Assembly: GCA_963737845.1 (NCBI GenBank) | Contig: CAVTUD010000002.1 | Span: forward strand, 183,864 to 215,863 | Reading direction: 5' to 3' | Source: an uncultured Gemmatimonadaceae bacterium | Lineage (GTDB): Bacteria; Gemmatimonadota; Gemmatimonadetes; Gemmatimonadales; Gemmatimonadaceae | DNA length: 32,000 bases | Part shown: one piece after another, positions 1-8,932 of the stretch | Position numbering within the stretch: position 1 is the first letter of the stretch | Layout: the number at the start of each line of letters is the position of its first letter | The notes under the pieces: model-generated | Told to the model about the DNA's origin: nothing | The model's input: the letters and a program-made list of their open reading frames with translations, nothing else | The model's database searches: none | Made by a program: the position numbers and the translations under genes

Positions 1-770
1 CGACGGTGTCGGTGACGAGCACGCGCTGCGATTCGCCGAGGTCCACTTCGCGCGTGAGCGGGTCGAGCGTCGCGAACAGACGGTTCTCCACGAAGATGTC
101 CGCCGCATCAGCGAGCGAGCGCAGGATCGAGGACTTGCCGGCGTTCGTGTAGCCGACGAGCGACGCGCGGAAGCTCGTGCGCCGCGAGGATCGCTGCACG
201 GCGCGCGCGCGCTGAACGTCGGCGAGCTTGTCCTTCAGCGCGCCAATGCGATGGCCGATCAGCCGGCGGTCTGTCTCGAGCTGCGTTTCACCGGGGCCGC
301 GCATGCCGATGCCGCCGCGGAACTTCTCGAGGTGGGTCCACATGCGCGTGAGGCGCGGCAGCAGATATTCGAGCTGCGCGAGCTCCACCTGCATCTTGCG
401 CCTCGCTCGTGCGCGCGCGCACGGCGAAGATGTCGAGGATCAACTCGGCGCGGTCCATGACGCGCTTGCCCACCGCGTTCTCGATGTTGCGCAGCTGCGC
501 CGGGGTGAGCTCGTCGTCGAAGATCACGAGGGTCGCCTGCTTCTCGTCGATGAGCGACTTGAGCTCCTCGAGCTTGCCGCTGCCGAGGTAGGTGCCCGGA
601 TGCGGCCGGTCGAGCAGCTGCGTGACCTCCCCCACCACGGTGGCGCCCGCGGTGTCGGCGAGCTCCGACAGTTCCTCGAGATGCTCATCGAGCCGGCGGC
701 GCGCACCCGCGCCCTTCATCGGCGCACCGACCAACAGCGCGCGCTCGACGACGGTTTCCAGACTGATCAT
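1..770 (-). pseudogene. hflX: GTPase HflX. The 5' part of the gene is in the window and the 3' end runs past nt 1. The frame is broken by a 1-nt indel near 396.
   Basis: ORF 288..782 gives the HflX N-domain (ERALLVGAP..LVIFDDELTPAQLRNIE..ILDIFAVRARTSEA). From about 396 down to nt 1 the homology continues in another frame (MQVELAQLEYLLPRLTRMWTHLE..GIGMRGPGETQLETDRR..GYTNAGKSS G1 motif..VLVTDTV). ATG at 770, alternative TTG at 782. Confidence 0.85.
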
Positions 771-782
771 GTCACGACTCAA

Positions 783-910
783 TTCAATGATCCTCTAGTG
801 CTTCAAGAGAACAAACTGCTTTGACAGGATTAACATGATTGACGTGATGTGAACAACACACGCTTAAGGGGTTTGCACTTCCATCATGAACATCTTGTTA
901 ATCATGTCAA
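783..910. promoter_or_regulatory. AT-rich rarA-hflX spacer carrying a 15-bp inverted repeat. Probably the hflX promoter/operator region or a structured RNA.
   Basis: My hand count gives about 40% G+C for 783-906, against very GC-rich flanks. TTGACAGGATTAACA (821-835) matches the reverse complement of TGTTAATCATGTCAA (896-910) at 14 of 15 positions. A third related copy, CATGATTGAC, is at 834-843. Confidence 0.35.
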
Positions 911-2265
911 AGCTTCTGTTCGTTTGATGGATCCGGTGACTTCTTTAAACTCTCCCACCACGCGATGCGCTTCGCTATTTCCTTCTCGAAGCCGAACTTC
1001 CCCGGCTCGTAGAAGCGCGCGCCGGCGATCTCGTCCGGGAGATACTGCTGCGGGATGTACGCGTTCTCCGAATCGTGCGCGTACTTGTAGTTCTTGAAGT
1101 ACCCAAGATCCTTCATCAGCGCGGTGGGCGCGTTCCGGATATGCAGCGGCACAGGCGCCGCCGGCGTCTCTCGCGCGGCGGCCATCGCGCCGTCCAATGC
1201 ACGCTTGGTCGCGTTCGACTTGGGCGCGGTGGCCAGGTAGATCGTCATCTCCGCCAGAGGAAGATAACCCTCGGGCGCGCCGAGCATGTGATACGCGTCG
1301 CGCGCGGCCATCGCGAGCTGCAGCGCGTTCGGATCTGCCAGCCCGATATCCTCCGCGGCCATCGCGATCGCGCGACGGAAGAGGGTCATCGGATCCTCCC
1401 CACCGTCGATCATGCGCGCCATCCAGTAGAGCGCGCCCTGCGGATCGCTTCCGCGCAGCGACTTATGGTACGCCGAGAGCGCGTTGAAGTGCTCCTCACC
1501 GCTCTTATCGTAACGCGCGAAGCGCTTCTGCAGCGCCTCGCGCACGACATCCACCGTGATCGTGCCGTTGAATCCCGCGTGGGCGGCGGCGGCCTCGAGC
1601 GCGGTTAGCGCCCGGCGCGCGTCGCCGTCGGCTTCCGTGGCCAGCAGTGCGCGGGCGTCGGCGTCGAGCGTGAGCTTGAGTCGGCCAAGTCCGCGCGATT
1701 CATCCGTGAGCGCGCGGTCAATGAGGGCGCTGATGTCCTCGCTCGTCAGCGCCGCGAGCACGAACACTCGCGTGCGCGACAAGAGCGCGCCGATCACCTC
1801 GAACAATGGATTCTCGGTCGTCGCACCGATGAGCGTGACGGTGCCGCGCTCCACGTGCGGCAGGAACGCATCCTGCTGCGACTTGTTCAAGCGATGGATC
1901 TCGTCCACGAACAGCACGGTGCCGCGCTGGTTCGTCGCCAGGCGCTCCTCGGCCTCCTGTATGATCTCGCGGAGCCGCGGCACCCCCTCGGTGACGGCCG
2001 AGAACGGAACGAACGCGCGGTCGCCATGCTGCGCGACGAGCAGTGCGAGCGACGTCTTCCCGCTGCCCGGCGGACCCCAGAAGATCATCGAGTCCACGCG
2101 TCCCTGCTCGATCGCGACGCGCAGCGCCTTGCCCGGCGCGAGGAGTTTCTGCTGCCCCGCGAACTCGTCGAGCGTGCGCGGCCGCATGCGAGCGGCCAGC
2201 GGCTGCGCGGCCACCGGCGCCTGGAAGAGCTGCGACTCGCTCCCGGCGCGGCCTTTCCCCACCAC
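907..2265 (-). CDS. rarA: Replication-associated recombination protein A (MgsA/RarA AAA+ ATPase)
   Basis: This is the C-terminal 452 codons of ORF 907..2922. Walker A GPPGSGKTS, VLFVDEIHRLNKSQQD, ATTENP, and AYHKSLRGSDPQGALYWMARM. GTG start at 2265 or 2262, just after the upstream stop at 2277. The rest of the 671-aa ORF is out-of-frame read-through of the ZIP gene. Confidence 0.9.
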   Translation of the reverse strand: MVGKGRAGSESQLFQAPVAAQPLAARMRPRTLDEFAGQQKLLAPGKALRVAIEQGRVDSMIFWGPPGSGKTSLALLVAQHGDRAFVPFSAVTEGVPRLREIIQEAEERLATNQRGTVLFVDEIHRLNKSQQDAFLPHVERGTVTLIGATTENPLFEVIGALLSRTRVFVLAALTSEDISALIDRALTDESRGLGRLKLTLDADARALLATEADGDARRALTALEAAAAHAGFNGTITVDVVREALQKRFARYDKSGEEHFNALSAYHKSLRGSDPQGALYWMARMIDGGEDPMTLFRRAIAMAAEDIGLADPNALQLAMAARDAYHMLGAPEGYLPLAEMTIYLATAPKSNATKRALDGAMAAARETPAAPVPLHIRNAPTALMKDLGYFKNYKYAHDSENAYIPQQYLPDEIAGARFYEPGKFGFEKEIAKRIAWWESLKKSPDPSNEQKL

Positions 2266-2276
2266 GGCGCGCGATT

Positions 2277-2987
2277 TCAAGCGGGCAGCAGCGCGCGGGC
2301 GCCGAGATAGGTCGCGACTCCCACGAAGAATCCGGCCTGCAAGTGCCAGCCGCGCTTCGCCTGGAATTCCGGGATCAAGTTGGATGCTCCCACATACAGC
2401 GTGACGCCCGCCGAGAGCGCGAGCCCCCACGTCGCCAGCCATGGGATGCGCGGTGTCGCGATCGCTCCGAGCACGGTCGCCGCGCCGAGCAGCGCCGCCG
2501 CGAAGAACGCGCGCCGGCGTCCCGCGCCGGCGGCGAGGAAGAGGCTCGCGATGGCCAGCCCCTCGGGCAGTTTGTGCAGCGCGATCGCGAGGAACACCAA
2601 CGCGCCGAGTTGTGCACTCGCGGCGCTCGCGCTCGCGATGGCGACGCCGTCCACGGTGGTGTGCACCATCAGCCCGATGAGCGCGGAGACGCTCACGGCC
2701 TCGGAGACCTTGTGCGTCTCTTCGCCGAAATGGAAATGCGGTGCGAGCGCGTGCTGCGTGAGATGCACCGCGAGGAATCCGCCGAGCGCGACGACGGCCG
2801 CCGTGTGCCCGCCCGCCGCGTACGCCGCCGGCAGCATGTCGAGCAGCGCCACCGAGATCATGAAGCCTGCGGCGAGCGCGATGATCGTCTCGAGCGCGCG
2901 CACGCTCCAGCCGGAGCGCCATGTGACGGCCGCTGCGCCGGCGAGATTCGCCGCCGCGGCGGCGAGCGCGAGCACGAGCGGCGTCAT
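2277..2987 (-). CDS. ZIP family (ZupT-like) divalent metal transporter
   Basis: MTPLVLALAAAA.., multiple hydrophobic helices, and the HKLPEGLAI motif typical of ZIP permeases. ATG at 2987 overlaps the upstream stop as ATGA. Confidence 0.8.
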   Translation of the reverse strand: MTPLVLALAAAAANLAGAAAVTWRSGWSVRALETIIALAAGFMISVALLDMLPAAYAAGGHTAAVVALGGFLAVHLTQHALAPHFHFGEETHKVSEAVSVSALIGLMVHTTVDGVAIASASAASAQLGALVFLAIALHKLPEGLAIASLFLAAGAGRRRAFFAAALLGAATVLGAIATPRIPWLATWGLALSAGVTLYVGASNLIPEFQAKRGWHLQAGFFVGVATYLGARALLPA

Positions 2988-3517
2988 GCCGCCGCTAGCC
3001 CCAGCGCAGTCGCCGCGCGCGCGACGAGCTCGCTCAGTTCCGGCGCCGGTGCCTCCCCGTGCCGCGCGAACTTCCAGCTCTTCGTACGCACGAGCCGCTG
3101 CTCCTTGATCCCCTTCCCTTCGAGCACGTTCGCCCAGCGGTCGCTCTGCGAATAGATGAACAATTCGCGCACCGGATTCAGCGTGAGCTGGTCGCTTGGC
3201 GTGAACACCATGATCTGCACGCCGCCGAGCGCCACGAGCGGCTGCTCGAGCGCCGCGAATGCCTCGCGCACCGCGGCGCCGGATGGCGCCGGTCCTTTCC
3301 ACGAGCGCTCGGTATGCTTGTCGTCCATCTCCACAGTGACCGCGCCGCTCAATTCGCTCAGCAGAGAAAAGAAGAGCATGACCGCTCCCTGCTCGCCGGC
3401 CACCACATGGAACGCCCAGTAGCCACCGGACTCCTTCGTCATCGTGAAGCCGCTCGGCGCCGTGCGGAACTGGTCCCAGAATGGCATCTGCAGGGGGTGA
3501 TCGCGGAAGATGGACAT
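2984..3517 (-). CDS. Hypothetical protein, 177 aa, family not recognised
   Basis: Clean ORF with ordinary amino-acid composition. It is tightly coupled to both neighbours: 4-nt gap to the cca stop and ATGA overlap with the ZIP start. Confidence 0.6.
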   Translation of the reverse strand: MSIFRDHPLQMPFWDQFRTAPSGFTMTKESGGYWAFHVVAGEQGAVMLFFSLLSELSGAVTVEMDDKHTERSWKGPAPSGAAVREAFAALEQPLVALGGVQIMVFTPSDQLTLNPVRELFIYSQSDRWANVLEGKGIKEQRLVRTKSWKFARHGEAPAPELSELVARAATALGLAAA

Positions 3518-3521
3518 CGCG

Positions 3522-4823
3522 CTACTTGGCCTCGAGCGCGCGTGCGAGCAACGCGGTGCGCGTGTTGCGCGCCGGATCCTCTAATACCCAGTCCAGCAGC
3601 GATTGGAGCATCTTGCCCATCGCCGGCCCCGCGGGGATCCCGGCGCCGCGCAGATCGTCGCCGTCGATCGCGAGATCGCCCATCTCCACCGGCTCATGGA
3701 ACGCCGCGCGTGACATCCTGCGGTAGAGCGACGCCACGCGCTCGGCGGTCGGCGCGGCCATGGACGCCCCGCGCTCCGCCGCATATCGCGCCGCGAGCAG
3801 CCGCATCACCGCCCCCACGCGCAGCCGCCCGGCCGCCGCGACCCAGCGGCGCACCATGACCGCCGTCACCGGCGCGCTCGCCGAGATCGCGGCGCGCACC
3901 TGCGGCTCGAGCGCGCGCCACCGCTCGAGCACTTCCTTGATCCACGACACATCGCTGTTGGAGAACTTGAGCGCCTTGAGCGCGCGCTCGGCATCCTTGG
4001 GCGCGAGCTCGGCGAAAAGCGCGGTGAGGCGGTCGATGCGGCGCTCCGGATGCGCGGCGCCGCGCGGCTGCGCCATAGCGTCGAGCGACTTGAGCGTGAC
4101 GTCGCTCACGCTCGCGAGCGGTGGCACGAGCGACTTGAACGCGCCGCTCGCGCGCCAGAGCTTCATCGCTTCACTCGGCCACGCCACCTGCTCCATCGTC
4201 TTCTCGAGCTCCTGCTTCACCCGCTCCATGGAGAGACGGCCGAGGTGCGGCGCGCTGTCCACGATCGCTTTCCATGTGGCCGAATCGATCGTGAAGCCGA
4301 ATCGAGCCGCGAACCGCAGCGCGCGCAGTGCGCGCAGGCGGTCCTCCTTCATGCGATCGGCCGCTTTGCCCACGGCGCGCACGACGCGCCGCTCGAGATC
4401 GGCGCGGCCGTCGAACGGATCGTGGAGTTCCTTGCGCGATGCCGAGTACGCGATGGCGTTGATCGTGAAGTCGCGCCGGGCGAGGTCTTCGTCCAGCGAC
4501 GCGCCGAATTCCACTTCCGCGTGGCGTCCGTCGGTCTTCACGTCGCGGCGGAAGGTCGTGACCTCGTGCATGCCGCCGGCGGGATCGAGCACGCCCATCG
4601 TGCCGAACTTGATGCCCACGGGCGCCGTGCGCTTGAAGAGGCGCTTCACCTGCGTGGGCGTCGCGGCGGTGGCCAGATCCCAATCGAGATGCGCTTCGCC
4701 CAGCAGCGCGTCGCGCACGGCGCCGCCAACGAACCACGTCTCGAAGCCCGCGCCCTCGAGCGTGCGCGCGATATCGAGCACCACACCTGGTGGCTTCAGG
4801 TGCGACTGATCGCGCGCGTTCAT
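3522..4823 (-). CDS. cca: CCA-adding tRNA nucleotidyltransferase / poly(A) polymerase family protein
   Basis: WFVGGAVRDALLG, DWDLAT, RRDFTINAIAY, and the RLRALRFAARFGF head/neck motifs. ATG at 4823 forms an ATGA overlap with the asparaginase stop. An in-frame GTG at 4841 is the alternative start. Confidence 0.85.
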   Translation of the reverse strand: MNARDQSHLKPPGVVLDIARTLEGAGFETWFVGGAVRDALLGEAHLDWDLATAATPTQVKRLFKRTAPVGIKFGTMGVLDPAGGMHEVTTFRRDVKTDGRHAEVEFGASLDEDLARRDFTINAIAYSASRKELHDPFDGRADLERRVVRAVGKAADRMKEDRLRALRALRFAARFGFTIDSATWKAIVDSAPHLGRLSMERVKQELEKTMEQVAWPSEAMKLWRASGAFKSLVPPLASVSDVTLKSLDAMAQPRGAAHPERRIDRLTALFAELAPKDAERALKALKFSNSDVSWIKEVLERWRALEPQVRAAISASAPVTAVMVRRWVAAAGRLRVGAVMRLLAARYAAERGASMAAPTAERVASLYRRMSRAAFHEPVEMGDLAIDGDDLRGAGIPAGPAMGKMLQSLLDWVLEDPARNTRTALLARALEAK

Positions 4824-5803
4824 TCGCTCTGGCTCCGCCACTCGAACACTTCGCGGATGCCCGCCATGTCCATGCCGGCGCCGAGCGCGAGCAAGAGATC
4901 GATGCGAGCCTGCGGCGGACGCCGGCCGCCGGCGAGGATCGTGCCCATCGCGTGCAGCCGTCGGCCGCCGCCTTCGTATGCGTACGTCTCGCCCACGCGG
5001 CCGCGTTGCGCGCGCGAGGCGATCACGACGGGCTTTCCCTCCGCGATCCAGCGGGCGATGCCGGGCACCATCGCGGGCGGCACGTTGCCGCGCCCCATTC
5101 CCGCCACCACGAGTCCGCGCGCGGTCGTACGCGATGCTTCGAGCAGACGGTCGTCAGCGCCCGCCCACGCGTATACGATGTCCACCGGCCCGCCGGGCGT
5201 GGCGGGAGTGAGCACCGGCGGCGCCGGCGGCAGCGCGCGGCGGAAGATCACGGCGCCGTCGTCGATCACCGCAATGGGCCCGAGGCCGGGACTCTCGAAC
5301 GCATCGAGCAAATGCGTGTGCGCCTTGGTGACGTCGAGTCCGGTGAAGATCCGCCCGCCCATTGCGACCATCGCGCCGAAGCCGCGCGAATCCGGACTCG
5401 CGGCAACTCGCACCGCATCGAGCAGGTTCGCCGGCCCGTCCCAGCCGAGGTCGCTCGCGGTGCGCATCGCACCGGTGAACACCACCGGCTTGTCGCCGGG
5501 TACCGAGCGCGCGATGAGGTACGCGCTCTCCTCGAGTGAATCGGTGCCGTGTGTGACGACGACGCCCGCCACATCGGCGCGAGCGAGATGCTCCATGATC
5601 CGCGCGCGCAGGGCCCACATGCGCTCGATGGTCATGTGCGGTCCGGGGAACGCGCCGAACTCATCGAGTTCCACCGGCGCCACACTCTCGATGCCGCGCG
5701 TGGCCGCGAGGATCTCCTTTCCGCTGAGCGCCGGCACCGCCCCGCCCTGCGCACTGTCCATGCGCATGGAGATCGTGCCGCCGGTGAAGACGATCGGGAT
5801 CAT
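4820..5803 (-). CDS. ansA: L-asparaginase (type I/AnsA-like)
   Basis: [10 protein letters not shown] (TGGTI motif), [12 protein letters not shown], and GRGNVPP. Intact 327-aa ORF. Confidence 0.85.
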   Translation of the reverse strand: MIPIVFTGGTISMRMDSAQGGAVPALSGKEILAATRGIESVAPVELDEFGAFPGPHMTIERMWALRARIMEHLARADVAGVVVTHGTDSLEESAYLIARSVPGDKPVVFTGAMRTASDLGWDGPANLLDAVRVAASPDSRGFGAMVAMGGRIFTGLDVTKAHTHLLDAFESPGLGPIAVIDDGAVIFRRALPPAPPVLTPATPGGPVDIVYAWAGADDRLLEASRTTARGLVVAGMGRGNVPPAMVPGIARWIAEGKPVVIASRAQRGRVGETYAYEGGGRRLHAMGTILAGGRRPPQARIDLLLALGAGMDMAGIREVFEWRSQSE

Positions 5804-5810
5804 GCCGCGC

Positions 5811-6566
5811 TCACCCGCACAGCACGCTGCCGCCGTTCACGTTCACGATCTCGCCGGTGATATGTCGCGCCATCGCCGAACACAGGAAGACGATCGGCCC
5901 CGCGATGTCGTCGGCGGTCGCGATGCGCCCGATCGGGATCGTCGCGGCGATGCGCGCGCGTCCGGCTACCCGCGTACGGCTCGGCGGCCATCTCGGTGTC
6001 CACCCATCCCGGCGCGACGCTGTTCACTGTGATGCCGCGCGGCGCGAGTTCGATCGCGAGCGACTTCACGAAGCTGATCATCGCGCCTTTGCTCGCGGCG
6101 TAGTCCGCGTGCATCGACTCGCCGCGCTGGCCCGCGGTGCTCGACACAGCACGACGCGGCCGTTGTCGCTCATCACGCCGAGCGCGGCGCGCGTGGAGAA
6201 GAACATCCCATCAATGTTCTCGCGCATCGTGTTCGCCCATCGCGCGTCCGTCATCGCGGACGCCGCGGACTCTTCCACCGGCCAGATCCCGGCGTTCCCC
6301 ACGAAGATGTCGAGCCCGCCGAATTCTTTCTTCGCGCGCGCGGCGAGTTCGTTCGCGCCCGCCGCCGTGCCGATGTCCGAGGCTTGAGCGAACGCGCGCA
6401 CGCCGAGCGCCCGGCACTGCGCCGCCATCGCCTCGGCGTCGGCCTTACGCGCGCGGAAGCCGATGCCCACGTCCGCGCCCGCTCGCGCAAGCATGAGCGA
6501 GGTGGCGCCGCCAATGCCGCGCGATCCACCGGTGACCAACGCACGCTTCCCCTTGAGATCGATCAC
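5811..6566 (-). pseudogene. SDR family oxidoreductase (FabG-like) with two compensating 1-nt indels (about 6147 and about 5965)
   Basis: VTGGSRGIGG and NAGI are in ORF 6078..6566. [21 protein letters not shown] (YxxxK) is in ORF 5800..6147. The C-terminus [49 protein letters not shown] returns to the first frame, with TGA at 5811-5813. Confidence 0.8.
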
Positions 6567-7126
6567 AGCGCGCTCTCCACCACTTCGCAGATCGCGTGTT
6601 CGATGCAGAGATGGATCTCCTGCGCGCGATCGGTGCGCTGCGTGGGCACGACCACCGAGTGATCGGCGAGCGACTTGAGCTTTCCGCCGTCGCGCGCGGT
6701 GAAGGCGAGCACCGGCACGCCTCTCGCCTTGGCCGCCTCCGCCGCGCGCAGCACGTTGGGTGACGTGCCGCTCGTCGAGTGGATGATGAGCAGATCGCCC
6801 TTCTTGCAGAGCGCTTCCACCTGGCGCGAGAACACGTGCTCGAAGCCGAGGTCGTTCCCAATCGCGGTGAGCAGCGAGGTGTCCGTCGTGAGCGCCACCG
6901 CCGGATACGCGCGGCGATCCTTCATGTAACGAACCACATATTCGGCGGCCATGTGCTGCGCGTCGGCCGCGCTGCCGCCGTTGCCGCAGAAATAGAGCGT
7001 GCCGCCGCCTTTCACCGCGGCGCGCACCATCTCCAGCGCGCGCTCGAGTTGCGGCGCGATCGTGTCGGCCGTGCGAGTGGCCGTGTCGGCGAGCTCGCGC
7101 AGCGCCTGCGTCAGTCGGTCGGTCAT
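6563..7126 (-). CDS. gmhA: SIS-domain phosphoheptose isomerase-like protein (GmhA/DiaA family)
   Basis: MTDRL..LYFCGNGGSAADAQHMAAE..IIHSTSGTSPNVL. ATG at 7126 (ATGA overlap) and stop at 6563 (GTGA overlap with the SDR start). Confidence 0.75.
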   Translation of the reverse strand: MTDRLTQALRELADTATRTADTIAPQLERALEMVRAAVKGGGTLYFCGNGGSAADAQHMAAEYVVRYMKDRRAYPAVALTTDTSLLTAIGNDLGFEHVFSRQVEALCKKGDLLIIHSTSGTSPNVLRAAEAAKARGVPVLAFTARDGGKLKSLADHSVVVPTQRTDRAQEIHLCIEHAICEVVESAL

Positions 7127-7881
7127 GGGCGTCCGGTGATGAGGGCGCGGAGACGGGCGAGCATGCCCTCCTCCACCTCGGGGATCGGGTCTACTGGCAG
7201 CATCCCCTGATTCGCGAGGACGCGTCCAGGATTCGTCTCGGTGAGCAGCAGCGCCTGTTCGGTCGCGCCGATCTCCTCGAGCCAGCGCCGCGCCGTCACG
7301 AGCGAACGGGCGTCGCCGTGGTTGTCGCTGGCGATGCAATCCACCAGCCCGTGCTGCAGCATCGCGCGCGCGAGGCGGCATACCGGCGCGTTGCCGAAGA
7401 GCATCGCGGAATCCACCTGCATCACGGCTCCCGATCCGCGCCATTCCTCCACCTGCTCGAGCGTCGCGCCACGGTAACGCTCCGGATGCGCGAGCACCGG
7501 CACCATGCCGCTCATGCGCAGCCGGTAGATCTCGCGCGCCGCGTTCGGCGGCACGGTCATGCCGGCGAATTCCACGAGCGCGGCGTTCGAACCGCCCAGG
7601 TGCAGTTCGGTGCGCGTCAGATCCACGCCCGGCAGATCGAGCTGGATCTCCCAGCCCGCGCGCAGCGCAAGCGTTTTCGGCGCGTGCGCTTGCAGCTCCG
7701 CGTGCAGCGCAGCGTGCTCGGCCACCGGCGCGTCATCCGCCCGGCTCGCATCCAGGTGCGGCGTGCACACGAGCACGGTGACGCCCTGTTTCGCGAAGCG
7801 CTCGAGCACTGGCAGCGCCTCGCTGAGCGATTGCGCGCCATCGTCCACCCCGGGCAGGAGGTGGCTGTGGATGTCGATCAC
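7123..7881 (-). CDS. PHP-domain phosphatase of the CpsB/YwqE (tyrosine-protein phosphatase) family
   Basis: N-terminus VIDIHSHLLPGVDDGA, plus CTPHL, LAHPERY and ASDNHG motifs. GTG at 7881 overlaps the upstream stop as GTGA. Confidence 0.75.
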   Translation of the reverse strand: MIDIHSHLLPGVDDGAQSLSEALPVLERFAKQGVTVLVCTPHLDASRADDAPVAEHAALHAELQAHAPKTLALRAGWEIQLDLPGVDLTRTELHLGGSNAALVEFAGMTVPPNAAREIYRLRMSGMVPVLAHPERYRGATLEQVEEWRGSGAVMQVDSAMLFGNAPVCRLARAMLQHGLVDCIASDNHGDARSLVTARRWLEEIGATEQALLLTETNPGRVLANQGMLPVDPIPEVEEGMLARLRALITGRP

Positions 7882-8612
7882 GCGCGCGCCGCGAGGGCAA
7901 GCTCGCGAACGGCGCGCGCGCCGCCCTGCTCGAATCGCGTGCCCACCACGACGAAATCCGCGCCGGCCGCGCGCGCGGCGCGCACGCCATCCGCACTCCG
8001 CACGCCGCCGCCCACGAACAGCGGCCCGCGCGCCGCCTCTCGCGCGGCGCGGATCATCTCCGGCGCCACCGCCCGCGTCGCACCGCTCCCGGCATCCACG
8101 TACGTCGCGCGAAGACCGAGCGTCATCCCCGCGCGCACATGCGCCGCGAGCAATTCCGGTTTGTCGGCCGGCAGCGGACGCGTCTGGCTCACCGACTCGA
8201 CGCTGGTCACTCGCCCGCCATCCACGAGACAATACGCCGTCGCGATCACCTCGATCTCGGGATGCCGCTCGAGGAACGGCACCGCGCGCACGTGCTCCTC
8301 GATCAAGTACTGCGGGTTGCGCCCGCTGATGAGCGAGAGGAAGAGCACCGCATCCACGCCGGCCACGAGCTGCGCCGCGGTCGCGGGGAATTGCAGTACC
8401 GGCAATTCAGGCGCGGCCTCCTTGAGCGCGCGAGCGAGCGCGCCGCTGCTCGCATCGCCGCCGAAGCTCGTGCCGAGCAGCAGCGCGGCGGCGCCATCGT
8501 CGGCCGCGCGCTTCGCGAGATCCGCCGCTTCCACCGGATTGGTGCGCGCGGGATCCACGAGCACCGCGAGTCCGCCGGCGTTCTTCCCGGTAAGTGCGGC
8601 ATATACGCTCAC
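7878..8612 (-). CDS. Geranylgeranylglyceryl / heptaprenylglyceryl phosphate synthase family protein (GGGPS/PcrB-like)
   Basis: LVDPART..LLLGTSFGG..LQFPA..DAVLFLSLISGRNPQYLI..YVDAGSGA..LFVGGGVRS..GADFVVVGT follows the TIM-barrel GGGPS pattern. GTG at 8612 overlaps the upstream stop as GTGA. Confidence 0.75.
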   Translation of the reverse strand: MSVYAALTGKNAGGLAVLVDPARTNPVEAADLAKRAADDGAAALLLGTSFGGDASSGALARALKEAAPELPVLQFPATAAQLVAGVDAVLFLSLISGRNPQYLIEEHVRAVPFLERHPEIEVIATAYCLVDGGRVTSVESVSQTRPLPADKPELLAAHVRAGMTLGLRATYVDAGSGATRAVAPEMIRAAREAARGPLFVGGGVRSADGVRAARAAGADFVVVGTRFEQGGARAVRELALAARA

Positions 8613-8932
8613 GGCTCGAGCTCCGCCGCGACCTCGCCCACGCGCCACATCGCCCCCTCCGCGATCTCGGCCAGGAGATCCTGTCGCTCCGCGGCAGCCT
8701 CGAAGGCGTACGTCACGAGCGCGTCCGCCGCGAGCAGATCGAGCGCGCGCTCGCGGCCGGCCTCTTCATCATCCTTGAGCGACACGAGCAGCGATTCCAT
8801 GGCGTCGAGGCAGCGCACGACGGTGAATTCCGCGTCCTGCGACGCGGTCGAGCCGAGCGCCTCTCGCACGCGCGCGGCGAGATTCTCCGGCGGCACCGGC
8901 GTCCGCCCGGCGAGCCACTCGGCGATGGTCAC
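8609..8932 (-). CDS. Hypothetical acidic protein, 107 aa
   Basis: Clean ORF with strongly G/C-biased third codon positions. Its GTG start overlaps the alaS stop (GTGA) and its stop overlaps the GGGPS-like start. Confidence 0.55.
   Translation of the reverse strand: MTIAEWLAGRTPVPPENLAARVREALGSTASQDAEFTVVRCLDAMESLLVSLKDDEEAGRERALDLLAADALVTYAFEAAAERQDLLAEIAEGAMWRVGEVAAELEP

Noticed and set aside
907-2922. A 671-aa ORF suggests a long N-terminal extension of RarA. Likewise the 657-aa ORF 26932..28905, and the N-terminal extensions of ORFs 2277..3302, 6563..7444, 7123..8232 and 30393..31862.
   Set aside because: The extensions are out-of-frame read-through of the upstream gene, giving Arg/Ala/Gly-rich junk. 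Family homology begins at internal ATG or GTG codons that sit exactly at or overlapping the upstream gene's stop.
7582-7596. The GGCGTTCGAACCGCC segment resembles a tRNA T-arm.
   Set aside because: It lies in frame inside the PHP phosphatase gene. No acceptor stem, D-arm or anticodon arm can be built around it.
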